NCBI GenBank assembly: GCA_046563655.1
Contig: CM102285.1
Span: forward strand, 13,020,001-13,084,000
DNA: 64,000 nt
Direction: 5' to 3'
Source: Yuukianura sp. NJ FZ-2021
Taxonomy: Eukaryota
This document shows, piece after piece, positions 1 to 11,642 of this stretch; the stretch's first letter is position 1, and every line of letters begins with the position of its first letter. The translations under genes and the position numbers were made by a program. The notes under the pieces are model-generated. The model saw only the letters and a program-made list of their open reading frames with translations. It was not told where the DNA came from and did not search any database.

Positions 1-277
1 AATATAACTAAGAAGTCTCTTACTTCATATCATGAACAAAAGCAAGAGACTTAAGTTCAAAACTCAATGCAAGAAAAAGAAAAGCTACTAGTATTTGAAG
101 AGATAATTCAATAGAAAATTAATTTTTAGCAACAAATTGACTATAGAGTATTATTCAGTTGCTTTCGTTTCTTACTTATTTTTTGAAGAGAAAAACAGCG
201 AAGACTTACAGTTTCATTACAGCTTACATTTCATAAACAGCTCTCGTAGTTTTATGCGACTTGGTTAGGTAACGTTT

Positions 278-928
278 TCAGTTGTACATCATTTCAGCCA
301 TCGGAGACATCTTCTTGGGCAAATGAAGGTAAAGGTCAAAGTAACTAGCCAATTCGTTGATATTTACGTCTGGGTGAGCAGTTGCTTGCTGTGAACACGA
401 CTGCTGAAGTCGAGGAACTGATGATGCTTCGGATGCAGAAACGCTGGGAAGAGATTCATCTTCATCTTCGGGGATATCATGCAAGGAGCTGCTGCGAATT
501 TGTCTTCGAACCCTGCGACGGAGTAAGTCTGGCTTGAAAGCATAGGAAGACGTCGGCGTCTTCAAAATTAGTTTTGAAGGCCTCAATGAAAACTTGGTCC
601 CGATTGGTGATGATGACATGGTTGGCTTCTTCTCTTCTGTCCTTGACTTTGCCTTCGTGCAGCGATTTGTACTGGATTGCTGCAGTGAGTCTAATAGCTT
701 CTTGGTTTCAAAGGGGTAGTGACTATGACGACGATGGCGGTTTGTGGTGTACTGCGAATGACGAATGGGGCAAACCCAATCTTCTGACTGTTCCCGCATG
801 TCAACTCCTGAGTCGTACGGATCGGAGCCTCTGTCGTCTGCTTGCATTCCTGGTTCCGGCGCTTTCTTATTGCTTAAGTACATGCGGCTGAAGTCTTTCA
901 ACAATTCCTCGTCAGCTGCGCTGGTCAT
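278..928 (-). CDS. OSER1: Oxidative stress-responsive serine-rich protein 1-like (single coding exon, 216 aa)
   Basis: Ser-rich ORF ending in SCSQQA...DVNINELASYFDLYLHLPKKMSPMAEMMYN*, which matches the conserved OSER1/PERIT1 C-terminal motif (SCSQQA...DVTIEDLSGY...YIPKKMSHMAEMMYT). In-frame TGA stops lie upstream of ATG 928. Confidence 0.88.
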   Translation of the reverse strand: MTSAADEELLKDFSRMYLSNKKAPEPGMQADDRGSDPYDSGVDMREQSEDWVCPIRHSQYTTNRHRRHSHYPFETKKLLDSLQQSSTNRCTKAKSRTEEKKPTMSSSPIGTKFSLRPSKLILKTPTSSYAFKPDLLRRRVRRQIRSSSLHDIPEDEDESLPSVSASEASSVPRLQQSCSQQATAHPDVNINELASYFDLYLHLPKKMSPMAEMMYN

Positions 929-1292
929 TGCCTTTCCCTCCAGTCGCTCCGAATTGTTCGGTTTCGGGATTCAATCTCAGCATGCAGCAGCCTTCCCTGA
1001 AATCATTGAAAAGTGAATATCCAATACTTCATCCGCAACTAATGGGACCTTCATTTTAACTTGCAAACAGCTCGGTATTAGAAGGTATGAAGTGGATTAC
1101 CACAATTGATCCGACGCAACGATCCAATTACACCAGCCACCAGCGTTTAGAACAGCTGAGAGCTAACGACCGCCGTAAGCGTCACAACACAACAACTGTC
1201 TATGCGCCAATGTCACGTCCTGGTCCTCCTCACGTCCCGCTCACGTTCCGTTCTAAAAGGTCTTCCGGAGATCTGTTTACATATAAATTGAT

Positions 1293-1327
1293 TACTGAAG
1301 TGAAGTCTCTTACGTACTGCTTTTATA
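1293..1327 (-). promoter_or_regulatory. Candidate TATA box + Initiator core promoter of OSER1
   Basis: Minus-strand TATAAAAG starts at 1327 and TCAGTA (arthropod Inr-like) has its A at 1296, which puts the TATA at -31 (canonical spacing). Confidence 0.5.
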
Positions 1328-1415
1328 ACAAATTGCGTAGTTTTCAGTGGTCGTGTACGTGTACTATGTGTGGTGCGGATAAATCATGAATGGGATAGAA
1401 AAACCTAGAAAAAGC

Positions 1416-1423
1416 GTAAACAA
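1416..1423. promoter_or_regulatory. FOXO/DAF-16 binding element consensus (GTAAACAA); second core TGTTTAC at 1274-1280
   Basis: Exact match to the FOXO consensus TTGTTTAC about 120 bp upstream of the putative OSER1 TSS. A short motif, so a chance match is possible. Confidence 0.35.
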
Positions 1424-1734
1424 AAAGAAGATGATGGTGCCAGAAACCTCGAGATATAAATAAACCACTTGGGGGATCTTCTGCTGAGTGTTTTACATTG
1501 AGAGCACGTAAGCACCTCCTCACTACCCACTCTTTCCGGAATCAATTTTCGCAAGTAGACAGCTGCGCTCATATTTGGCATCCTGGAATTTCGAGGTAAG
1601 AGAAAAATATTACAGAATGATATTTCATAGGGGTTAGATTGAGTTTTATGATAATTATGAGTAGAGAATTTATCAAATCTACGTTTTGGATGTTAGTTTT
1701 TAAACATTGAAAAATCCAGATGCACGTACTTGAA

Positions 1735-2000
1735 TTGGTGAAAATTCACATGTGTACGGTAACCTTTGGATGCATTTGAATTGTGAAAAATTTACTTGTA
1801 CTATAAATTTTGGACGTCGAGAATTGTGAAAAACTCACGTTAATTTTTAACTTTTGGACGTGTGCCAGCATTGCATTGTGAAAAATTTAGCTGTACTCTA
1901 ACTTTTGGATGTGTCAGAGTTGTGAAAAATTCACCTGTACTCTAACTTTTGGATGTGCCAGAATTGTTAAAAGTACACAGTTATTCTAACTTTTGGTTGA
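1735..2000. repeat. Degenerate ~44-bp minisatellite, about 6 copies
   Basis: Units of the form TTGTGAAAAATTCACCTGTACTCTAACTTTTGGATGTGCCAGAA start at about 1735, 1781, 1824, 1876, 1920 and 1964. Confidence 0.85.
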
Positions 2001-2393
2001 ACCTAAATTAAATTTACGTCAATTTAGTTCTAACTAAACTTCAGTTTAGGTTATTTTTAAGTTTCCTTTTTAAAGGTGCACATGTCTCACTGGTTGATGA
2101 ACCCAGTTTTTTTGTTGCGTGCGCAGCTTTCCCACAGGTGCATGTTGTATACTTTTCACTTATTGCCATCCTCTGTTCTGTCATGTCGATTTGGCTCTTG
2201 CTGCACTGCGGATTTGCTAAACTTTGTTGACTTTTCAATTCCCAACATACGGTACCCATACACGGTACAACTTTACACTTCGTTCGTCGTTCAGCAACCC
2301 GGATTTTTGTACAAAAGGACTGAAAACGGCGACCCTGGGACGAACTGAGGACAGGACAACATTGTTAACAAGATACAAAGTTAAGAACTAATC

Positions 2394-3712
2394 ATGGACT
2401 TAGCTGCGGTAATTCAATCCGTTCAATATCTCCTACCACTAACCATTGCAATTTTTGGCCTCTGCATCTTTGTCTTTGGCTTCCAATCCGTCAAAGAACC
2501 GGACTACAGTTACATAAATAATATCGTTCCGACGAGGAAAAAGAAGCAGCAAACACCGGCTACTAAAAAGAATGGGATTGTGGCACTTCCCAAAGCAAGT
2601 CCAACTCCGGCGGTCAAGTCCAAGGTCGAGGCTACTGCCAAGCCGGTAGCAACCGCTCCAGCCGGCAAGGAGAATGCTCAGCCAGCCAAGAAGATAAAGA
2701 AGCCAACAGTCGCTGATGAACTTGCCGATCTTGAGGAGGGTAAGGATTATTTACAATTCGTTCAGTATTTTAAGACTATCAAGTTTACAAAAATGGCAAT
2801 GTTTCTGATTCCCTGAGCCGCAGTGTTAGTTGACGAATCGGTTGCATGTAGTTTTCGTGGTCAGAGAGATCACAGACGATGAAGCACATTGTTTCCAGTG
2901 CTGGAGGATGGGTACTCCTAATTCCGCCGGTTTTGGTTTTTCATTTGCTTGGCAGGAGATTGTACACTGTACCATTCGTACAGTGTCGAGCATTACGGAA
3001 TTTGGATGAGTTTTGTTTCACGTCTTCTACCTGATGCAATGGAAAGCGCTTATCATATTCCACTTAACTCTTCTTAAGCCTACACGAGAGCGCTGATTAA
3101 TGAGAACTCTCAATTCGATAAGAAAGGTCAACTCCCTGTCATCAACTAATGCTGACGTCTGGATTTTTTTTTCTAGGAGATTGGCGTCCTGTTCCAGCAC
3201 GAAGAGCTTCTAACCTCAAGGCCAATAATGTGGCAGCAACTGTCGCTAAGCAACAAGCGTCTCCAAAGAAAACCAAGGTTACGAACTCACCTGCCGCCGC
3301 TGGAAAGAACAAGGAGCCAGTTCTCAAGGAGGTTCAAAACAAGGTGATCCCGGAGGTCACTGTCACTGAAGACAAGGTTGAACCAGTTGCTCAGAAGAAG
3401 GCCAAGAAGACTTCAGGAAAGGAAGCTGCTCCAGCTCCCGTGTTGGATGAGGGGAATGTCCCCGTTGCAAATGGTGTCGCTGAAGCCGACACCAAGAAAG
3501 GTGCTGGTTCGAAGCCAAGTGAAGTAGTGGAGAAGAAAGTCGTCGAAGCTGGTGGAGTACCTGATAGCCCTGGTACTTTCCGATTTAAACTCAGTTGAGC
3601 TACTAACTCGAAATTTCATAAATTCAAACTGTTTTGTTTTGACTTTTTAGATCTCTGGGAAGAATCAAAGTCGCGTGGAAATAAGAAGAAGGCCAGAGCA
3701 CGAAAGGATTAA
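2394..3712 (+). CDS. Metadherin/LYRIC-like single-pass membrane protein, Lys/Ala/Pro/Glu-rich (3 exons, ~267 aa)
   Basis: Exons 2394-2739, 3177-3572 and 3651-3712 have GT/AG boundaries and matching phases. N-terminal hydrophobic helix (LLPLTIAIFGLCIFVFGF) followed by a basic stretch, an internal EEGDWRPVPARR motif and a C-terminal WEESKSRGNKKKARARKD*. The last two resemble metadherin DEGAW... and WESPKQIKKKKKARRET. The gene model is solid; the family assignment is tentative. Confidence 0.65.
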
Positions 3713-5402
3713 CCTTAACTCTTTAATCCTGACCTCAACGAAGCATCTCTTCCAGTTGTGGATTTCAGTTCCATTCCTTCTTCCTCAATCATCTTCCTCC
3801 ATGTTACATCACAATATCCAAAAGCCAAACCAACCAAAACATCATTCCATTTTCCTTCATTTTGGAAAGGACAATCAAATCTTGTAAGGCCTCCTCTGCA
3901 TGCCAACAAATCAAAATACTGACAATTATTTTTCTCTAAATTATTCTCTAACAAGTAACCATACTTACTACATTTGGTGGGAATCGAGTTATAGGGACAA
4001 CTATTAGCTAAAAATGACTCATATTCTGCTAAAATTACTCAAAAACCCTCCTAAATTAACTGGATTTGTGGGTTTTTAAAAAGTAATGTGTGTATGTACG
4101 TACGTAATATATTTCTGGGGGTGTAATTGTTGTAATAACGTCATTATTTTTCTGAAAGATGTGAATCATTCAAAAATTGTTGTTGAAAACATTTCCAATT
4201 TAACTTTAACTAATTATCAAGTGAGAGATTCATGTGATTTTAACAAGACTCCTTCCTGTAATATAAAACAGCAACTTTCTTTTGCCTGAAACTTTTTTTT
4301 TGAAAGTTTTGATGAAGAAAATTGTGGTTTATATTCAGGAGACATAAGGAGAGAGAATGAAAGTTTCATTATGAAATGAACCGAAAGTTCTTATTGTGAT
4401 ATATTCTGAAATCATTCTAATTATTGTTGATCGTTCATGATAACTTTGATTCGAAAAATGAAATATTCGCGTTTCTCATTGTTTGTTTTTTGGGGGTGGG
4501 GGGATGTACTAGATGACCTTAGACCTTATGAAAAAAATGCAATTAAGTAATAATAAAAGGGTTAACTTAAACTACATAAACTGGTCGCAGAGTTGCGAAA
4601 AATTGTATTGTTTCACAGTAATCGATGGAGAGTTAAGGGTGAGAATAATTTTTATAATTCATTTCTAGACTCATCTCATTTTGGCAACTTCGTCTTCGTA
4701 AAGCTAAAGTGACGAAAAGTAGATGATGGGTGTTGAATGAATGTAGGTTAAATCATCATTGGCATCTCGATAAGGTGCCTGAGGTGGGGGGCTATGCTGG
4801 CGGGGGAGGGAGGCATTGTTCTATTTAGTCTTTTGTTCCTTTCAGTTGTGTTTTCGAAGCTTTCGAACCTCAAAACTTGACGGAACAAACGAAACGACTA
4901 GACTTTTGCTGAAGTGGTAAATGAAGCCCGAAGGTGGAAAAATCAAGCGGCATCTTCTGTACTGATCCCCCTCTTATAACGAAATTTCTCACCCTGGTTC
5001 CTCCATCAGGGATTCAGGGAGACTCAGGCCAGAAGATCAGCTCTTATATATCACCTGTGTACTGTATTTGAGTATTTGTCATTAGGATTAGGCTAGTACT
5101 TGCCAAAAGCACCTGTTCAAAACCTGTTCCTAGAATTTTACTATGTTCTCTTTGCAACAGAGTTATTTCCATTAGTCAGACCAGAATTTAAGTTAAAGTT
5201 AAAGGTCTCTGTGTATTGCTCAGTCAGAAGCGTCACGTCACACTTTTTTTTTCATGGATTTTTGGATCTGGAATTGGAAATGAGCACCGAGGCGAGAAGC
5301 ATTTCAATTTCATACCAGTAGTTTCTGCTTTTCAAGTCCAGAAGTTTATAGCAAAATTTTATACGGTCAGTTTTAAGGTTTCGTAAGAAGTTTTTGGTTA
5401 GA

Positions 5403-8400
5403 ATGACGACTACTGTCAACAATCATTTGATGCGGGTTAGTATTATTTTCAATAATTTATTAAGATTTACTACCTATTTAAAAAGTATCTCTTAATATTT
5501 TTTTTGACTAATTTTCAGAATCCAAACGATGGAATCCGTTCCACCCGACGTACAAATTTGCAATCACGGCGTTCCGAACTAAATCGAGAGATTCATAAGG
5601 AAATTCGTCTTCGAGCTGGAGTAGAAAACTTAATTCGGTGAGTAAATCTTCCTCAATTTTACCAATCATAGATTTTGAAAATAGACTTTGACTTTGGTTT
5701 GAAAAATGCTTTGTTTTTGTTTTGTAGAGCCAGCAGTAATCGATCAGTACAACAAACGGCGTCACTGGAACTTAGTTTTATCAATTCCCACCTCAAACTG
5801 TTACGGGAACAGTTGGATGACCTCAACGGCTCACTTGACGTTTATCAAGGGTAAGGTCAAGCTTAAAACATTTCAGTTTTGCAGTTAACATATCATGCAT
5901 TTAACTGCTTTTGTGATTGGCTTAACCTTGTAACGCTAAAACAACAAAGCCAATGCGCAACTCAATTCAAGTTCGGCGTCTAGAATTTGACCTTAATATG
6001 TTTGCATTGTTCCAGGCAAAATCCTAAAACGCTTCCGATGATTCCTCTTGGCCTTAAGGAAACCAAGGACATTGATTTCAGGGACGCTTTCAAGGTAAAC
6101 AATCCAATTTGACACAATTTCATTTCGAAATTCGACTCAATAATATGTCTAAAATTTTTAGTCCGCATTGTATTGTTCACTTGATCATAAAATCTCTCTA
6201 CAGGAAGCGCATCTTTAATGTGTCACGTTATGTTGATGACCAGATTCTCCGGAAATTGGTCTTGCAAAATAGCAGTAGTTTGTAACAATTGTTTAATGTT
6301 TACCACTTTGAAACCGTTTTTATTTACAAGTGATTAATATTGAAGATAGCAAGGTGTTTGTTAGTCTTCCGCCCATTCAAACATAGGCGTCATCCCTCCC
6401 TCTTCTGACTGACTAATAGAATTGGATTTCGATTTCAATTTCATATTCAAACAGCTAAACCAACATCGAAATCGAAATCATTTTGGAATTTGATCTCGTG
6501 TGCTCATTTAGAGTATTCTTCAATTCTTCCCTAGCATTAGCACACATCACGAGGGTTATAATTGTTTATTTGGATGATATCATGCCACATGCCATCCTCT
6601 TCGCTTTTGCTTTTGCGAAAAAAAGTGACATTAGAAGACAATTAAGTTACGCAATACGATTGTAATTGTTTGTGAAGAATTGGTAGCAAGCAGTGACGAC
6701 GACGGTGGCGGCAGGGCGTGTAATCCAAATGCAAATGACTAGCCAAAGTTATGTATGAAATCACTTGGCCAATTCCATTGTTTTATTTTTTCTGTTGTTT
6801 TTCCATTTATAGGACTTCATATTGGAGCACTACAGTGAGAATGGAGACAAGTACGAAGAGGCAATTAGCGGTTTTATGGAGCTGAGACAAGTATGAAATT
6901 TATATGCTTACATGCAATTTTAAGTACTGCAATGTCCTTCATCTTCTGCCTCACTAAACTCGGTTACGAGGCGCATCATGGATGACAATGTTGTGGGTTT
7001 AACTTTTTTGCGCAATTTTGTATTTTTACAATTTTGCACTTTTTTGATGTCATAGGCGATGCGACGACCTTCCAGAACTTCTGAAGGAATCCAACTTCTA
7101 CTGCGCTACCTCTCCAATTTGTACTACGTTGAACGACGCTTCTTTCCAGCGGATAGAAACATAGGAATTTATTTTGAGTGGTGAGCTATGGACATAAAAA
7201 TGACAATGGATTATTATGCAAGACATTGATTGATTTTGGTATGAATTTTTAGGTATGACAGCATCACTGGTCTCCCGTCGGTACAGAAAACGATTACGTT
7301 TGAAAAGGCTTCGGTATTGTTCAATTTAGCAGCTCTGTATACTCAAATTGGAACGAAAGCGGAAGCCGACGAAGCGATTGATAACTACCTCAGAGGAGCT
7401 GGAATCCTGGAGTACATACGAGAACATTTCAGTCATCCACCGAGTTTCGATTTATGTCATGATCTTCTCAGGAGCATCGTCGAGTTGATGATGGTACGTA
7501 AATTTTGAAATTTTCGTAAACAAGAATCCAAAAATTCAATTACAGTTTCGAATTTTTACTGTTTTGCTTTTTTCCACCACATTTTACTTTTAAAAGTAAA
7601 CTTTTAGTTGTTTTTGTATGCTAATTGAAATGGTTTTTTTTTCTTAAAGTGGCGTTTAGAGCTTTAATATAAGCAGTTCATTTGTAAATATGAGTCTTTG
7701 GGTATTCCTGAATTCTTCTGAATTTGTAGTAGTAAATTTTGAAATTTTCGTAAACACGAATCCAAAAATTCAATTGCAGTTTCGAATTTTAACTGTTTTG
7801 CTTTTTTTCCACCCAATTTTACAGTTAAATTTTAGTTGGTTATGACTGCTAATTCAACTTATTTTTTCATGAAGTGGCGTTGAGCTTTAACATAAATATT
7901 GCATTTGTAAATATGAGTTTTTGGGTTTTACAAGTTTCTTGTAGCTAAAAACTTTTAACTTCGTATTTGTTGCTCATGTTTTCTAATTGTTTGTCCTATT
8001 TTATAATTTTCAGGTCCAGTCGCACGAGATTTTGTTCAACAAACAACAGCAAGAGGCAGAGTCTCCGAATTCCATGATCCTGAATGCCACCGAGTCTTCA
8101 TATCTCTCCGAATCCTTCACGCATCTCCTCAATACTTTCACATCTCCAGAACTCAACGATTTCATTCCTCCTGCCTGGGTCAATCTCGTCATAATCAAGC
8201 ATCACATGTACAAGGCCTTGGCCAACTACTTCCTTGCAAATCTCCTTCTGAAACTCAAACGACGCCCTGGAGAAAGAAATCATCTGCGGCGACTTGAAGA
8301 AATTTATATCGAAGACGATTCAATCACAACGGACATTCGAGTGCCAAAGTCCAGCGAAGAGGAGGCAAACCTTGGATTCTGTCACCTTCGTATGGGTTTA

Positions 8401-11400
8401 ACGAAGATAAACGATGTCCAGAGAGTAATGAGACTCAACAGGCTCAGAGGGGTCGGTCTGGAATATGTCGTTCAAACTACAAAGGAAAAATTATTGGACC
8501 TCATGGGAAACAAAAGTGAAGATGAATTGGAGACATATTTGGACCCACCGAAGATTGGAGGTGAGGGTGTCACTCAATTTATTTCCTCTTTGATGGACGA
8601 CACAATGGGCTTAATTCTGATTTATACTGCACTTCTCTCTCCCTTTGTTGCTCGGTGTGACATGGGAGTCATTCATTCAATGTCACCCGAATTCATTATA
8701 AGCAGCTAAAAGTCATCACTCTTTTTCAATTTTACTCTTTGCTCCCTTTTCAAAATTACGAGATTAAAAAATTGAAATGATTTTCATCTCGGAATTTATT
8801 GCATTTTTTTTGTGATCCAAACCCCCTCACTTAATAAACCGGAGAAAGCTCTGAACTGCCATTGAAATGGAAGAGAACTGTTTTCAAAGTTGGATTTTTG
8901 GAAAATTGAGAAGTTTTAATTGAATTTGACTTATATTTTTAGGTTTGACTGCTTACAGCCTAACAATATCTCCGCCAGATCTGAGTTGTACAAGCGGAGC
9001 CGGTCCAATTTCGGATCCTTTCCAAGCCCTTGGTCCACTGTCGTTCTTCTCCGCCAAAAAGTCCTGGACGTGTCCGAAACGGGTAACGCTTCAGCGAAAG
9101 TCAACTGGATTTGGAATCAGCGTCAAAGGATCTTGTCCAGTAACAATCGTATCTGTAGACGAAACGGTAAGCAAATAAACAAATTGTTGGGATCTCAGGA
9201 AAAACTTGTCAATTTCGTTTTGAACTTTTCAGACCCATGACCTCCATGCTGGCGACGTCATAATTTCCATCAATAACAAGGATACAAAATGGTGTACACA
9301 CGACGACGTTGTAGAACTAGTGAAGGCAGCAGGACAAACACTTGTCGTCACAGTTGTAAGGCCTGTGGATCAAGGAAAGGTGAAGATTTTTAGTAATCAG
9401 TAATTAACAATTAATTAAGTAATTAAAAGCAAACTTGAAGCCTTACGTTGGACCGCTAGAAGTTAGATTGCCCCACGAAATCCCGCGACGATAAATTAGC
9501 GAAGAATTGAACGCTTGTATCAATTTTTTTTTAAATTTTGAGGGGTAAAAACTGACTTATTGCAAAAAGTTGGCACTAAACTATTTCCAATTATGTTTTG
9601 CAACTTGGACCGAGGGCTGTAGACGGAGGAATTGTTGCGCAATTGAAGTTTTTAGAATTTTCTAAAACTCTAATTTTCTAAACAGCTGATGCGACAGGTT
9701 GTTTTGTTCCAGTGGGATTTTATAAGAAGCTGACAGGAGATTGCAAAGCACAAGAAGGCTCCTTTGTCCTCTCCCTCCTTTGCCAACGAGAAAAGCGAGT
9801 GCGGGAAAATAAAAAAAAGTTGAGGTGGGCAGGGTAGCCTTTCTGGGCCGTACGATCCCCTTGCAGCTCCGGTCACTTTCAAAACTCACTCCTCTATTTC
9901 TCCATGTTAAATCTCTTTCAGAAAATTCCAAAAAATCAACAACTTTAAAAATTCATATCTCGCGAACGGAAGGCGATAAAAAGCTAATCTCTTCGCGAGT
10001 CAACTTTAAAAAATGTAAAGAATAGTTTAAAATTTTAAAAATTAAAAAAAAATTCGAAAAAAAAAATTTCAGAAATTCGCCGGAAATTTATTGTTCGCTT
10101 TTAAACTCTTTTAAAACTTAAAAAATACCTACTGTTCTGAATTCAGCAGTGAAGAGATCTCGCAAATAATACATTCCGTTCGCGAGATATGAATTTTGAA
10201 ACTTTTTGATTTTTGAAATGTTTTGTATGGAAATAAGTTTGAATGAACGAAAAAGTTGAGGGATTAATCCATTCAAAAGTCATCACTTTTCGACTCAACT
10301 TTTTCACTGCCACACAAACACCCTCATTTTTCGGTCGTTTTTGACTTCGAAAAATTTCCACTTTGCAGCGATTTCTGTGGCTCCAGCGCTCGGATCTAGT
10401 CATACGACATGGTCCTAAACAATTTGAGGTCAAAATTTTAAAAAATAAAAAACGAGAAGTATAGAAAAAAAACACAGCATCAAAATTTTGACAGCTTGAG
10501 GGTGCTTTTTAGAATTTTTTAAAAATTCTACACATTTTTCTGAATTCAGGCGTGTAGAGTAAAATTCTCTATGTCTTTCCGTTAAAAAGTTATGAATTTT
10601 TAAAGTTTTTTGAATTTTGAAATTAAGTTTGAATGGAGGAAAAGTTGAGGGATTAGCCCATTCAAAAGTCATCACTTTTCGATTCAACTTTTTCATCCCC
10701 CCACAAACACTCATTTTTGGCAGTTTTTCACTTCAAAAAATTTCCACTTTGCAGCGATTTCTGTGGCTCCAGCGCTCGGATCTAGTCATACGACATGGTC
10801 CTAAACAATTTGAGGTCAAAATTTTAAAAAATAAAAAACAAGAAGTATAGAAAAAAAACACAGCATCAAAATTTTGACAGCTTTAGGGTGCTTTTTAGAA
10901 TTTTTTAAAAATTCTACACATTTTTCTGAATTCAGGTGTGAAAAGCTTAATTCTCTATCTCTTTCCGTTAAAAAGTTATGAATTTTTAAAGTTTTTTGAA
11001 TTTTGAAATTAAGTTTGGACGAAAAAGTTGAGGGATTAATCCATTCAAAAGTCTTCACTTTTCTGCTCAACTTTTTCACTCCCATACAAATAAATGCACA
11101 ATTCCGTTATTTAACCATTTCTAATTTTAACATGTTAAATTTCCTTCAGAAAATTCAAAAAATCAAAAAACTTTAAAAATTCATATCTCAGGATCGGAAT
11201 GCGTTAGAAATTTAATTTCTTCACGAATAAGTTCAGAATGACATAAATAATTGTTTAAAATTTTAAAACACGTAAAAACAAAGAGTAAGATTTTGAAGGT
11301 TTTTTTTTGCACTTCGCAAATTTTTGAAAAACTGAAAAGAACTTTGTCTAATGTTCTTTGTTTCTCATTTTTCAGCATTCGATGAGCTCAAGATCCACTT

Positions 11401-11642
11401 CTCCAAGGGGAGGGTACAGCGGCGTCTCTTCATCAAGTTCAAGGTCAGAAATTTAAAATTCCAAATTTGAATTTTGCAAAAATTTTTATTCTTTGTTCTT
11501 TTTTAGTGGAAGTTTCGGCCATAACAGCAGAAACGCTACATTCGTCAGGACGAGCAGCGACAGTTCTCCGACGACTCTGGAAAAGCTGACACGTTCCCTC
11601 TTTCGATCCAATCGTTCCAGAAGTCGCTCCAAATCAAGCTGA
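5403..11642 (+). CDS. Rhp: Rhophilin (HR1 + BRO1 + PDZ Rho effector), 12 exons, ~639 aa
   Basis: Exons 5403-5435, 5519-5637, 5728-5850, 6016-6094, 6813-6890, 7056-7180, 7253-7493, 8014-8560, 8943-9166, 9233-9379, 11376-11443 and 11507-11642, all GT-AG and phase-consistent. HR1: LQSRRSELNREIHKEIRLRAGVENL...LELSFINS. BRO1: PMIPLGLKETKDIDF..FKDFILEHYSE, ERRFFP, WYDSITG, FEKASVLFN. DPFQALGPLSFFSA precedes a PDZ domain (GFGISVKGSCPV...GDVIISIN...HDDVV). The first exon is the least certain. Confidence 0.93.
7498..7945. repeat. Intronic tandem duplication, ~234-bp unit x2
   Basis: GTAAATTTTGAAATTTTCGTAAAC(A/C)...GAATCCAAAAATTCAATT...AAGTGGCGTT...GTAAATATGAGT occurs from ~7498 and again from ~7732 within rhophilin intron 7. 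Confidence 0.85.
9895..11290. mobile_element. Composite non-autonomous element-like repeat in rhophilin intron 10: ~385-bp tandem units plus inverted copies of a shared motif
   Basis: AAAAGTTGAGGGATTA(A/G)(T/C)CCATTCAAAAGTC starts at 10251, 10640 and 11023. The motif TTCTGAATTCAG...TTCCGTT...ATGAATTTT is forward at ~10136, ~10538 and ~10924 and reverse-complemented (AAAATTCATATCTC...CGGAA) at ~9950 and ~11177. No transposase ORF and no TSD identified, so the repeat is certain but its TE origin is inferred. Confidence 0.6.

Noticed and set aside
928..1054. In-frame upstream ATG (1054) with TGC-TGA-GAT-TGA before the OSER1 ATG, suggesting selenocysteine or readthrough extension
   Set aside because: No SECIS recognised and OSER1 is not a known selenoprotein. 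The ATG probably lies in a 5'-UTR intron (1100-997), so a uORF or chance is the simpler explanation.
574..1389. Plus-strand ORFs 574-891, 765-1016 and 1087-1389
   Set aside because: Antisense to OSER1 CDS, leader and promoter, with no recognisable homology.
10143..11378. Repeated short ORFs in the rhophilin intron as transposase fragments
   Set aside because: K/F/N-rich translations of AT-rich repeat DNA with no DDE, RT or Rep motifs.
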